The notes under the pieces are model-generated. The model searched no databases. It saw nothing but the letters and a program-made list of their open reading frames with translations, and was not told where the DNA came from. DNA of 64,000 nt from Desulfobacteraceae bacterium (GTDB lineage Bacteria > Desulfobacterota > Desulfobacteria > Desulfobacterales > Desulfatirhabdiaceae). The translations under genes and the position numbers were made by a program. The first letter of the stretch is position 1. Each line of letters starts with the position of its first letter. The stretch covers positions 6,671-70,670 of the forward strand of contig JBBIWB010000011.1 in assembly GCA_037439445.1 (NCBI GenBank), written 5' to 3'. Below, in pieces: positions 53,569 to 63,217 of the stretch.

Positions 53569-55755
53569 ATGACTGATATGGAATCAGAAGAAGAAAGCAT
53601 CAGGGAAAAGCAAAGGCTTCGGCTGCGTCGTTTTGGAGTCGCCTTAGTCACATATGCATTTCTATTCCTTGCATTGATTTTTGTGGATCGCTTCGGACTT
53701 GGCAAGATGAGTGCCTATAATTGGGCATTTTTCATCAGCTTGGTGATTTTGGGCAACACGGTTTTCTTTTTTCTGTTTTACAACAACATCAACCTGCGTT
53801 TTCAAGATCCGTCTCTTACTCGAGAACAGATCACTTATTCAGCCCTGGCAGGAATTGTCCCGTTATACTGCCTTCCGGATGCCCGCCCGATTATTCTGAT
53901 GTTTTTTATAATTCCTTTGAATTTTGGTATACTGCGGCTTAATCAAAGACAGTATATCAGTGTAGGAGCATCAGTTCTCGCGTTTTACGCACTGATGCTG
54001 GTCACTGAATATTTTACCGGAAGGCCTGGATTCAGGATTGAATACGAATTGTTCCTGTTTTTAATGTATTCTATAATAGTTGTCTGGTTGGCATTTTTCG
54101 GCGGTTTTGTTTCAGACATACGTCGGAGATTGAAGTCTTACAACCATGAAATAACAGAAGCCAATGCAGACTTGAAAATCCAGATAGACGAGCGCAAACG
54201 CACTGAAGAAATGCTCCGCATAGAAAGCGAAAGATTCAGGATTCTTATAAACAATGCCCCTTTTGGGCTCATGCTGGTTGATGAAGAAGGTTTTTTTAAA
54301 TATGTAAATCCAAAGTTTACGGAAATCTTTGGTTATGCCCTTGAAGATGTTCCTGACGCAAGAACATGGTTCAGGAAAGCCTATCCTGATCAGGAGTATA
54401 GAAAGCAGGTCATAAAAGACTGGTTTGGTGACCACAAAGCCCATAAGAATGGCGAAAAGCCGGCAAAACCCTTTGAAGTTAAATGCAAGGACGGCACAAA
54501 GAAATTCATAAATTTCATACAAGTAGCCGTTAATACAGGGGCTCACCTTGTTGCCTGCGAAGACATAACAGAACGCCTTCTTATAGAAGAACAGCTTCAA
54601 CAGGCACAGAAGATGGAGGCAGTAGGCATTCTGGCTGGAGGCATTGCCCATGATTTCAACAACCTTCTCCAGTCCATAAGCGGCTATACCCAGCTTCTGC
54701 TGATGGATAAGAATGCCCAGGACAAGGACTACTCAAAGCTTCAAGCCATAGATAAATCCATTGAGAGGGCGTCTAAGCTAGTCCGGCAGCTCCTTTTCTT
54801 CAGCCGCAAGGTCGAGGTCAGGATTCAGAACTTAGACCTTAATCAGGAACTGGCTGCTTCGGTAAAACTTCTGAAACGGGCTGTTCCCAGGATGATTGAA
54901 ATCAGGTTTCAACCTGCAAGCAGTCTATGGACTGTGAAAGCTGATCCGGTACAGATAGAGCAGGTAATGCTAAATCTTGGCATAAATGCAGCAGATGCAA
55001 TGCCAGATGGGGGAAGTTTTGTAATCAGGACAGAAAACATTACAATTGATGATAGCAGCGCAATCAATCTTGGAGTCTCTTCTGCCGGAAAATACGTTCT
55101 TGTAAGTGTTTCCGATACAGGATGCGGGATTGACAAGGAAACTGTCAAGCACATCTTTGAGCCGTTTTTTACCACAAAAGGAATAGGAAAAGGAACTGGG
55201 CTGGGACTGTCGTCTGTTTATGGTATCGTCAAGTCTCACGGCGGTACTATAGAGTGCGACAGTGAGCCTGGAAAGGGAACTACATTCAGTATTTACCTGC
55301 CTGCAATTGAAAATGATGATATCGTACCTGCTATGCCCATTGAGAAACTGCCTGAAGGTGGAACAGAAACGGTACTGATAACAGATGATGTTCCAGACAT
55401 AAGATTTCTTGCATCCCAGATGCTTATGCGTTTTGGTTATTCTGTCATCACTGCTTCAAGCGGAGAAGAAGCGCTCCAGATTCATAACCAGAAGAAAGGA
55501 TCAATTGATCTGACCATCCTTGATTTAGGCATGCCTGGAATGGGTGGATACAAATGCATGAAGGAAATACTTGCACTCAACCCTTCTGCAAAGATTCTCA
55601 TAGCAAGCGGGTATTCTGCTGATGGAATGGTAATAAAAGCAATCGAATCAGGAGAAGCAGGATTCATCGGAAAACCATATCAGCTTAAGGAGTTGCTGAT
55701 GCGGGTACGAAGCATTCTGGATGAAAAGAAACGATTAAATGTGACGGAATCATAA
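53569..55755 (+). CDS. Membrane-bound hybrid sensor histidine kinase (multi-TM, PAS, HisKA, HATPase_c, REC)
   Basis: About 5-6 N-terminal TM helices, a PAS domain (FGLMLVDEEGFFKYVNPKFTEIFGY), H-box GGIAHDFNNLLQ, G-boxes DTGCGI/GTGLGL, and a C-terminal receiver (VLITDDVPD...DLTILDLGMPGMGG). Confidence 0.9.
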   Translation: MTDMESEEESIREKQRLRLRRFGVALVTYAFLFLALIFVDRFGLGKMSAYNWAFFISLVILGNTVFFFLFYNNINLRFQDPSLTREQITYSALAGIVPLYCLPDARPIILMFFIIPLNFGILRLNQRQYISVGASVLAFYALMLVTEYFTGRPGFRIEYELFLFLMYSIIVVWLAFFGGFVSDIRRRLKSYNHEITEANADLKIQIDERKRTEEMLRIESERFRILINNAPFGLMLVDEEGFFKYVNPKFTEIFGYALEDVPDARTWFRKAYPDQEYRKQVIKDWFGDHKAHKNGEKPAKPFEVKCKDGTKKFINFIQVAVNTGAHLVACEDITERLLIEEQLQQAQKMEAVGILAGGIAHDFNNLLQSISGYTQLLLMDKNAQDKDYSKLQAIDKSIERASKLVRQLLFFSRKVEVRIQNLDLNQELAASVKLLKRAVPRMIEIRFQPASSLWTVKADPVQIEQVMLNLGINAADAMPDGGSFVIRTENITIDDSSAINLGVSSAGKYVLVSVSDTGCGIDKETVKHIFEPFFTTKGIGKGTGLGLSSVYGIVKSHGGTIECDSEPGKGTTFSIYLPAIENDDIVPAMPIEKLPEGGTETVLITDDVPDIRFLASQMLMRFGYSVITASSGEEALQIHNQKKGSIDLTILDLGMPGMGGYKCMKEILALNPSAKILIASGYSADGMVIKAIESGEAGFIGKPYQLKELLMRVRSILDEKKRLNVTES

Positions 55756-55899
55756 AAAGCCTGGATGCTCTGTTTTTGTGTTGCCCCCGTCTTTGCGTTG
55801 AACTGTAAGTACGACTCATTCCTGTATGGTTTTCATGTCTTACCAGCGGTTTTTTCACCATGCCGTCTATATTCCGGGCTTTCATGAAACCTTCTTATG

Positions 55900-56667
55900 T
55901 TATGGCACAAAACGTTTTACGCTTGCTGTCTTTTTCAAATGAATTAAAAATTCCTTGTTTCCTTTGGGTCCAAGAATAGGGGAGGGAAGAACCGAAGAGC
56001 AGGTAAGGTTGTTTTCTGTGAAAAACTTACACAATTCTTCAATTACACGTTCGTGCAGAACTGGGTCCCTTACCACTCCTCCTTTTCCAACCTTGCCTTT
56101 TCCTATCTCAAACTGAGGTTTGATCAAACAGATCATGCATGCAGAATTTTTCATGAATTTCAGCACAGCAGGTACAACGATTTTTAATGATATAAAAGAA
56201 ACATCTATTGTTACGATGTCAACAGGCTCTTTAATCATGTACTCAGGCATGCTGCGTATGTTCATTCTTTCCATTGCGATAATCCTGGAATCCAGCCTTA
56301 GTTTCCATGCAAGCTGTCCGTATCCTACATCTACAGCGTAGACAAGTGATGCACCGTTTTGAATCAGACAATCTGAGAAGCCTCCTGTTGAAGCCCCGAC
56401 ATCTATACAAATTTTTCCTTCAACTGAAACCTGAAAAGACTTTAATGCCTTTTCAAGTTTCAGTCCACCTCTGCTTACATAAGGATGGATTAGACCTTTT
56501 ATTTTAATGTCCGAATTTTCAGAAACTAAATAGCCGGACTTGTCAATTGTCTGGCTGTTGACCAGAACATTTCCTGCCATGATCATGGCCTGGGACTGCT
56601 GCCTGCTTTCAGCCAGTCCACGATCGACTAACAGCTTGTCCAGCCGTTTTTTAACGGGGTCAGTCAT
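55900..56667 (-). CDS. tlyA: TlyA-family 16S/23S rRNA (cytidine-2'-O)-methyltransferase
   Basis: S4 domain (KRLDKLLVDRGLAESRQQSQAMIMAGNV), YVSRGGLKLEKAL, and the SAM motif IDVGASTGGFSD. Confidence 0.9.
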   Translation of the reverse strand: MTDPVKKRLDKLLVDRGLAESRQQSQAMIMAGNVLVNSQTIDKSGYLVSENSDIKIKGLIHPYVSRGGLKLEKALKSFQVSVEGKICIDVGASTGGFSDCLIQNGASLVYAVDVGYGQLAWKLRLDSRIIAMERMNIRSMPEYMIKEPVDIVTIDVSFISLKIVVPAVLKFMKNSACMICLIKPQFEIGKGKVGKGGVVRDPVLHERVIEELCKFFTENNLTCSSVLPSPILGPKGNKEFLIHLKKTASVKRFVP

Positions 56668-56688
56668 TATTGCCTTTTTGGAGAATTC

Positions 56689-58224
56689 TCAATTCTCCAT
56701 CATTGTTACCGGATGGGCTTTTAGATATTCGAGTCTGTTAAGCCCGTTGATATATGCCTTTGCACTTGCTGTTATCACATCAGGGTCAGCTCCTCTTCCC
56801 ATGGCTTCAAGGCCGTTTTCACGAAGCCTGACAATTACCTCGCCCTGGGCATCTGTTCCGCCTGTGATGGCATTAATGGAAAATCGAAGAAGCTCTGATC
56901 CTGTTCCAGTCAAATCTGCTATTGTTTTGTATGCCGCATCTATTGGACCGTTGCCGTAGCCTGCGCCCTGGGCCGGTCTCCCGTTTATCATCATCCTTAC
57001 ACTTGCCATGGGTAAAACCGTAGTACCGCTTGTTACATGAAGATAATCGAGGGCAAAAACATCACGGGTTTGAAGAATTCCCTCAGTAACCAGTACCTCT
57101 ATGTCTTCATCCACAACATGTTTTTTCTTGTCGGCCAGTTCTTTGAACTTTGTGAAAATGAGTTGAAGCTCCTCATCAGAGAGATCGTATCCCATGTCTT
57201 TCAAATGAGTGCGAAGCGCATGTCTTCCTGAGTGTTTCCCAAGAACAAGTTTGTTTGCATTCAGTCCGATGGTCTCAGGCTTCATGATTTCATAAGTCAT
57301 GGGATTCTTTAATACCCCGTCCTGATGAATTCCTGCTTCATGGGAAAATGCATTGGCGCCCACTATCGCCTTGTTAGGCTGGACAGGAATACCTGTGATC
57401 ATGCTTACAAGCCTGCTTGACGGATAGATGAACTCTGTCCTGATGTCAGTTGAAAAATCAAGAAAATTCGGTCTTGTATGAAGAGCCATGACCACTTCTT
57501 CCAGAGAAGTGTTGCCTGCTCTTTCACCTATTCCGTTGACAGTTACTTCTGCCTGCCTTGCCCCTGCTGCAATAGCCGCAAGGGTGTTGGCTGTGGCAAG
57601 CCCAAGATCATTGTGGCAGTGGACACTCAAAACGGCCTTGTGCATGTTAGATGTATGGGAGATGACATATCTGACAAGCTCAGAGAATTCTTCTGGAATA
57701 GCATATCCGACAGTATCAGGAAGGTTTATTGTTGTAGCTCCTGCCTCAATTGCTGCTTCGAAGACTCTGCATAAAAAATCGCGGTCGCTTCTGGATCCGT
57801 CTTCTGATGAAAATTCAACCCTGTCTGTAAAAGACTTTGCGTACCTGACAGCCTCAACTGCAGCAGCAAGAACTTCCTCCCTGCTCATTCTTAGCTTGTA
57901 GGCAAGGTGAATGTCTGATGTTGCTATAAAAGTATGAATTCTTGGAAGTGCAGCATGGCGTATGGCGTTCCATGCTCTGTCAATGTCATTTTTTGAGGTT
58001 CTGCAAAGGGCTGCGACCTCTGTTCTTTTAAGGTGCCCTGCAATTTTTGAAACTGCATCGAAATCGCCGTCTGAGGCTGCCGGGAATCCTGCCTCAATCA
58101 CATCTACTCCAAGTTTTTCAAGCTGAGTCGCAAGGCGAAGTTTTTCCCCTGTATTCATGCTTGCTCCAGGGGACTGTTCCCCGTCTCTTAAAGTCGTATC
58201 GAAAATAAAAACTCTCTCTGTCAT
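56689..58224 (-). CDS. leuA: 2-isopropylmalate synthase
   Basis: Contains IFDTTLRDGEQSPG, HCHNDLGLA, NGIGERAGN and a C-terminal LeuA dimer/regulatory domain. Confidence 0.9.
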   Translation of the reverse strand: MTERVFIFDTTLRDGEQSPGASMNTGEKLRLATQLEKLGVDVIEAGFPAASDGDFDAVSKIAGHLKRTEVAALCRTSKNDIDRAWNAIRHAALPRIHTFIATSDIHLAYKLRMSREEVLAAAVEAVRYAKSFTDRVEFSSEDGSRSDRDFLCRVFEAAIEAGATTINLPDTVGYAIPEEFSELVRYVISHTSNMHKAVLSVHCHNDLGLATANTLAAIAAGARQAEVTVNGIGERAGNTSLEEVVMALHTRPNFLDFSTDIRTEFIYPSSRLVSMITGIPVQPNKAIVGANAFSHEAGIHQDGVLKNPMTYEIMKPETIGLNANKLVLGKHSGRHALRTHLKDMGYDLSDEELQLIFTKFKELADKKKHVVDEDIEVLVTEGILQTRDVFALDYLHVTSGTTVLPMASVRMMINGRPAQGAGYGNGPIDAAYKTIADLTGTGSELLRFSINAITGGTDAQGEVIVRLRENGLEAMGRGADPDVITASAKAYINGLNRLEYLKAHPVTMMEN

Positions 58225-58229
58225 TACTC

Positions 58230-59825
58230 TTAACTCCTTTTTGGTGATTGCGAGCGGGCGAGTTTGTATTGAAAACTGTCTGCCAAAGCCTGCCAGCTTG
58301 CTTCAATTATATCTTCAGATACTCCGATTGTGCTCCAGACATGGTCCTCATCCCTGGATTCAATAAAAACCCTGACTTTTGCCGCTGTGGCAGCTCTTCC
58401 ATCTATCACGCGGACCTTGAAATCAACAAGCCGCATGTGATCGATGTTGGTAAAGAAATTATCCAGGGCTTTTCTAAGCGCATTATCCAGCGCACTCACT
58501 GGGCCATTGCCTTCCGCAGCCATTATGGTATGTTTTCCGTCAACAGATATCTTAATGGTTGCTCTTGCTGAGCATGGTCTGTTCCTGTCTTTTTCTATTG
58601 TTACCCTGAAGGATTCAAGCTCGAACAAGGGTTTGAACTTGTCAGTGAGCTTTTCAAGGAGGATCTTGAAAGAGCCGTCTGCAACGTCAAACTGGTAACC
58701 TTCATGCTCCATTCTTTTTATCTCGGAAACTACTTTTTGCCTGTCTGAGCCATTCAGCTCAACTCCAAGCTCTCTTGCCTTGTATTCAACATTGCTTTTT
58801 CCTGACATATCTGAAACCAGAACCTTTCTCCTGTTTCCGACTGTCTCGGGATCAATGTGTTCATAGGCTTTGGGCAGTTTCATTACAGCGTTCACATGAA
58901 TCCCGCCTTTGTGTGCAAATGCGCTTTTTCCTACAAAAGGCATGTTATTGTTAGGTATCATGTTGGCTGTTTCACTCACAAACCTGGACAATTTTTTCAG
59001 CCTCGAAAGATTTTCCGCAGATACACAGGGACTGTTCATCTTAAGACACAGGATGGGGATGATGCTGGTAAGATCAGCATTTCCACATCTTTCCCCGTAT
59101 CCGTTAATTGTGCCTTGAACCATTACTGCACCGGCGTTTACAGCAGAAATGCTGTTTGCTACAGCAAGGCTTGAATCGTTATGCGTATGAATACCAAGTT
59201 TTACAGAAGCCCTGGAAGACGTGATTTCATCAAAAACATTTTTCACTCTTGAAATGATTGGTTCTATTTCAAAGGAAAGTGTTCCCCCGTTTGTGTCGCA
59301 AAGGACTATGAAGTCGGCACCTCCTTCAAAAGCGGCCATGAGGGTGGACATGGCATAGTTTGGGTTTGCCTTGTAGCCATCGAAAAAATGCTCTGCATCA
59401 TAGATGACCTCCCTGCCATGTCCTTTAAGATAAACCACAGTGTCATGAATCATGGCAAGATTTTCTTCCAGGGTATTATTCATGATTTTTCCTACATGCA
59501 TATCCCAGCTTTTCCCAAAAACTGTGACTACAGGGGTCCTGGCATCCAGAAGGGCTCTTACACTTGGATCATCTCCTGCAGTAAATCCAGGCTTTCTGGT
59601 TGCACCAAAAGCTGCGATTTTTGCCTTCTTGAAATCAATCTGCCGGGCAAGTTCGAAAAACAGGAGATCTTTGGGATTTGCCCCTGGCCATCCGCCTTCA
59701 ATATAGTCAATGCCAAAATCATCCAGCCTTTGAGCTATCATGATTTTTTCATCAGCGGAAAAATTAACGTCTTCTCCCTGAGTTCCATCTCTCAGGGTCG
59801 TATCGTAAAGCAGGACCTGTTTCAT
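58230..59825 (-). CDS. cimA: (R)-citramalate synthase (LeuA-family, CimA-type)
   Basis: Contains LYDTTLRDGTQGEDVNFS..EK..IA..LD.FGIDYIEGGWPGANPKD, HTHNDS.LAVAN and NGYGERCGNA. Its size and N-terminal pattern match the CimA subfamily rather than LeuA. Confidence 0.8.
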   Translation of the reverse strand: MKQVLLYDTTLRDGTQGEDVNFSADEKIMIAQRLDDFGIDYIEGGWPGANPKDLLFFELARQIDFKKAKIAAFGATRKPGFTAGDDPSVRALLDARTPVVTVFGKSWDMHVGKIMNNTLEENLAMIHDTVVYLKGHGREVIYDAEHFFDGYKANPNYAMSTLMAAFEGGADFIVLCDTNGGTLSFEIEPIISRVKNVFDEITSSRASVKLGIHTHNDSSLAVANSISAVNAGAVMVQGTINGYGERCGNADLTSIIPILCLKMNSPCVSAENLSRLKKLSRFVSETANMIPNNNMPFVGKSAFAHKGGIHVNAVMKLPKAYEHIDPETVGNRRKVLVSDMSGKSNVEYKARELGVELNGSDRQKVVSEIKRMEHEGYQFDVADGSFKILLEKLTDKFKPLFELESFRVTIEKDRNRPCSARATIKISVDGKHTIMAAEGNGPVSALDNALRKALDNFFTNIDHMRLVDFKVRVIDGRAATAAKVRVFIESRDEDHVWSTIGVSEDIIEASWQALADSFQYKLARSQSPKRS

Positions 59826-59836
59826 TGTAGTTTTCC

Positions 59837-60889
59837 TTAAGATTTTCTGTTTTCAGGCCGAAGCGAGCGAACTGCTGCGCCTGCCTGCCACATTTCAGAA
59901 AGACGAAGGACATCCAGTTCTTTTTTGAGGTTTTCCCGGTAATCAGGGAGGCTGTTGGCATCGAGGGTTTTTTTTGTTTCTTTCCCTGTAATCACGCTCT
60001 GGTAGAGCTCATCAAAAACAGGTTTGACTGCATCTCGGAAACGAGGCGACCAGTCCAAGGCCCCTCTTTGGGCAGTTGTGCTGCAATTGGCAAACATCCA
60101 GTCCATCCCGTTTTCTGCAACTAACCTGATGAGGCTCTGGGTGAGTTCTTCGACTGTTTCGTTGAAAGCCTCACTCGGGCTGTGGCCGTGTTTTCTAAGA
60201 AGATTGTACTGTGCCTCCATTACCCCAGCAAGACATCCCATGAGAACCCCGCGCTCTCCGGTAAGATCACTGTAAACTTCTTTTTCAAATGTTGTTGGAA
60301 ACAGATATCCTGATCCAATGGCGATTCCAAGCGCGATGACCCTTTGTTTTGCCTTTCCAGTATAGTCCTGATAAATGGCGAAACTCGAATTGATGCCACT
60401 TCCTGCCAGAAAATTGGTTCTCACAGTCCTTCCTGATCCTTTGGGGGCAACCATTATTACATCCACAAAAGGCGGAGCAACTATTCCTGTCTGATCGTGA
60501 AAGGCAATCCCGAAGCCATGAGAAAAATACAGGGCATCCCCAGGGTCAAGGCAGGGTCTGATCTCTGGCCATGCAGCAACCTGGCCTGCATCAGAGAGAA
60601 GATACTGAATTACGGTTGCTTTTTTTGCTGCTTCATCGAGGGGAAAGAGTGTTTTTCCCGGAACAAACCCATCGGCAACAGCCTTATCCCATGAACTGCC
60701 TCCTTTGCGCTGTCCTACAATGACATCAAAACCATTGTCTTTAAGGTTAAGAGCCTGTCCTGGACCCTGAACCCCGTAGCCAAGAATTGCAATGATTTCA
60801 TCTTTGAGTACTTCTTTTGCCTGCTTTAAAGTAAACTCTGAAGCAGTGATCACTTCTTCCATTGTTCCGCCAAAATCGATTTGCGCCAT
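59837..60889 (-). CDS. ilvC: Ketol-acid reductoisomerase
   Basis: Contains ILGYGVQGPGQALNLKDNG, APKG.G..VR and the C-terminal knotted domain pattern. Confidence 0.95.
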   Translation of the reverse strand: MAQIDFGGTMEEVITASEFTLKQAKEVLKDEIIAILGYGVQGPGQALNLKDNGFDVIVGQRKGGSSWDKAVADGFVPGKTLFPLDEAAKKATVIQYLLSDAGQVAAWPEIRPCLDPGDALYFSHGFGIAFHDQTGIVAPPFVDVIMVAPKGSGRTVRTNFLAGSGINSSFAIYQDYTGKAKQRVIALGIAIGSGYLFPTTFEKEVYSDLTGERGVLMGCLAGVMEAQYNLLRKHGHSPSEAFNETVEELTQSLIRLVAENGMDWMFANCSTTAQRGALDWSPRFRDAVKPVFDELYQSVITGKETKKTLDANSLPDYRENLKKELDVLRLSEMWQAGAAVRSLRPENRKS

Positions 60890-60974
60890 TTTATTCTCCT
60901 GTTATTCATAAAATATTAGTAACTATTAAGCTCTGAACAAGCTGTTATGATAATACTTCGGCCTGTTTTTTTGC

Positions 60975-61463
60975 TCATTTCGGTTCCCTAAAAAGAGCTA
61001 CAGTTCCTGTTCTGGCAATTTTCTTGATCCCAATAGGCTTTAGAAGGTTTATGATTGCAGAAATCTTTTCTTCGTCTCCGGTGACTTCGATTATGTAATG
61101 CTCAATTCCTGTATCGACTACCTTGCAACGGAAAATATCAACTATTCTCAATACTTCTGCTCTGTGTTCAGGCTTTGCCTTAACGCATATGAGGGCCATT
61201 TCGCGCTGAACAGCCCTTGATTTATCCATGTCGCGTACCTTGATGACATTGATCAGCTTTCTAAGCTGTTTTTCGATCTGTTCCGTCAACAGAGGGTCTG
61301 CATGGGTCACGAGGGTGATTCTTGAGATTTCAGGATTGATTGTTTCTGCGACACAAAGACTCTCAATATTGAATCCTCTTGCGCTGAAAAGCCCTACTAC
61401 CCTTGCAAGGACCCCTGGCTGGTTATCCACCAGCATTGTTAAGACATGTTTTGTTTCAGACAC
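60975..61463 (-). CDS. ilvN: Acetolactate synthase small (regulatory) subunit
   Basis: ACT domain HVLTMLVDNQPGVLARVVGLFSARGFNIESL plus the ALS_ss_C region. Confidence 0.9.
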   Translation of the reverse strand: MSETKHVLTMLVDNQPGVLARVVGLFSARGFNIESLCVAETINPEISRITLVTHADPLLTEQIEKQLRKLINVIKVRDMDKSRAVQREMALICVKAKPEHRAEVLRIVDIFRCKVVDTGIEHYIIEVTGDEEKISAIINLLKPIGIKKIARTGTVALFREPK

Positions 61464-61481
61464 TTTAGAATTCCTCCATTT

Positions 61482-63182
61482 TCATACCAGAAGCATCTCT
61501 GTGATCGGGGCACCTGCAGGAACCATGGGATATACACATTCCTCCCTGTCGACCCAGAAATCCATGATTACAGCCTTATCAGAAGCAAGCCCGCGTTCCA
61601 GAACGGATTCTACTTCTTCAGGAGCAGTTGCCCTTAGTCCCAGGGCACCATAAGCTTCAGCAAGTTTCACGAAATCAGGGGCATGTTCCATCCCAGTGCA
61701 CGAATAACGCTTGTTATAAAAAAGCTCCTGCCATTGTCTTACCATTCCAAGATAACGGTTGTTCAGTATTACGATTTTTACAGGAAGGTTGTAATGCACA
61801 GCAGTTGCCATCTCCTGAATGTTCATCTGAATGCTTCCGTCTCCTGCAACATCTACTACCAGTTTATCCGGTTTTGCAAGTTGAGCACCTATTGCAGCAG
61901 GAAGCCCGAAGCCCATTGCCCCGAGGCCTCCTGATGTGATGAAATGATCAGGCTGATCAAAATGATAATACTGAGCAGCCCACATCTGGTTTTGCCCCAC
62001 TTCGGTCGTTATTATGGCCTTTCCCTCAGTCAGCCGGTATAAGGTTTCAATTACGTACTGTGGTTTAATGACAGTTTTTTGATCATAACTAAGGTAACCA
62101 GCCGCCTTCCACTCATCTATCTGGGCAAGCCAGGGTTTTCTTTGTTCTTCAAGATTCCCAAAATCGGTATTTTCAGTAAGACGGTTCAATTCCTGAAGTG
62201 TTATCTTGCAGTCACCTACAAGGGGAAGGGATACAAGGACATTTTTTCTTATGGATGTCGGATCAATGTCTATGTGGACGATCTTTGCCTGAGCTGCAAA
62301 AGCATCGGTCTTTCCTGTAACCCTGTCATCAAAACGGACACCGATTCCTATCATCAGGTCACATGCCCCAGAAGCCTTGTTGGCTCTGAAAGTGCCATGC
62401 ATCCCTATCATTCCCAGACATAGCGGATCGGTTCCTGGAAAAGCACCCATTCCCATGAGAGAAGTGGTTACAGGCATCATGGTCTTACGGGCAAAAGATG
62501 TAAGCTCCGAAGATGCCTTCGAGAGTATCACCCCTCCTCCTGCAAAAATCATGGGTCTTTTGGCTTCCATGATCATGGAAACCATTTTTTCCAGTTGTTT
62601 CATGTTGGGGTTATATGTCGGATTGTAGGCTTTCAATCTGATCTTTTCTGATGGTAAATATTCTGCCTTGTTTTTGGCCACATCTTTTGGAATATCTACA
62701 AGAACAGGCCCTGGCCTGCCTGATCTTGCTATGTGGAAGGCTTCCTTCAGAATTTTCCCGAGGTCTTCAGTGCGTTTCACAAGGTAGTTGTGTTTGGTAC
62801 ATGGTCTTGTAATGCCCACAATATCGACTTCCTGGAAAGCATCATTTCCGATGAGATGAGTCGGAACCTGTCCTGTAATGACCACAAGAGGTATGGAATC
62901 CATGTATGCTGAAGCAATGCCTGTTACAGTATTGGTTGCACCAGGCCCTGAAGTGACAAGACATACTCCGACCTTGCCTCCTGCCCTGGCATATCCGTCT
63001 GCAGCATGAACCGCACCCTGTTCATGGCGAACAAGAATATGCCGGATGTTGGTTTTGGGCAGTTCGTCATAGAAATCTATGACTGCTCCGCCTGGAAAAC
63101 CGAAGATGGTATCGACTCCTTCTTCCTGTAAAACCGTCATGAGAATCTGTGCACCTGTTAAAGTTTCTGCTATTGCTTCCAT
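61482..63182 (-). CDS. ilvB: Acetolactate synthase large (catalytic) subunit
   Basis: ThDP enzyme with GFPGGAVIDFYD, TSGPGATN, GGLGAMGFGLPAAIGA and GDGS.QMN.QE motifs. Confidence 0.95.
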   Translation of the reverse strand: MEAIAETLTGAQILMTVLQEEGVDTIFGFPGGAVIDFYDELPKTNIRHILVRHEQGAVHAADGYARAGGKVGVCLVTSGPGATNTVTGIASAYMDSIPLVVITGQVPTHLIGNDAFQEVDIVGITRPCTKHNYLVKRTEDLGKILKEAFHIARSGRPGPVLVDIPKDVAKNKAEYLPSEKIRLKAYNPTYNPNMKQLEKMVSMIMEAKRPMIFAGGGVILSKASSELTSFARKTMMPVTTSLMGMGAFPGTDPLCLGMIGMHGTFRANKASGACDLMIGIGVRFDDRVTGKTDAFAAQAKIVHIDIDPTSIRKNVLVSLPLVGDCKITLQELNRLTENTDFGNLEEQRKPWLAQIDEWKAAGYLSYDQKTVIKPQYVIETLYRLTEGKAIITTEVGQNQMWAAQYYHFDQPDHFITSGGLGAMGFGLPAAIGAQLAKPDKLVVDVAGDGSIQMNIQEMATAVHYNLPVKIVILNNRYLGMVRQWQELFYNKRYSCTGMEHAPDFVKLAEAYGALGLRATAPEEVESVLERGLASDKAVIMDFWVDREECVYPMVPAGAPITEMLLV

Positions 63183-63217
63183 GATAATAACTTCCTATAT
63201 GAGAATTTTGAACAACT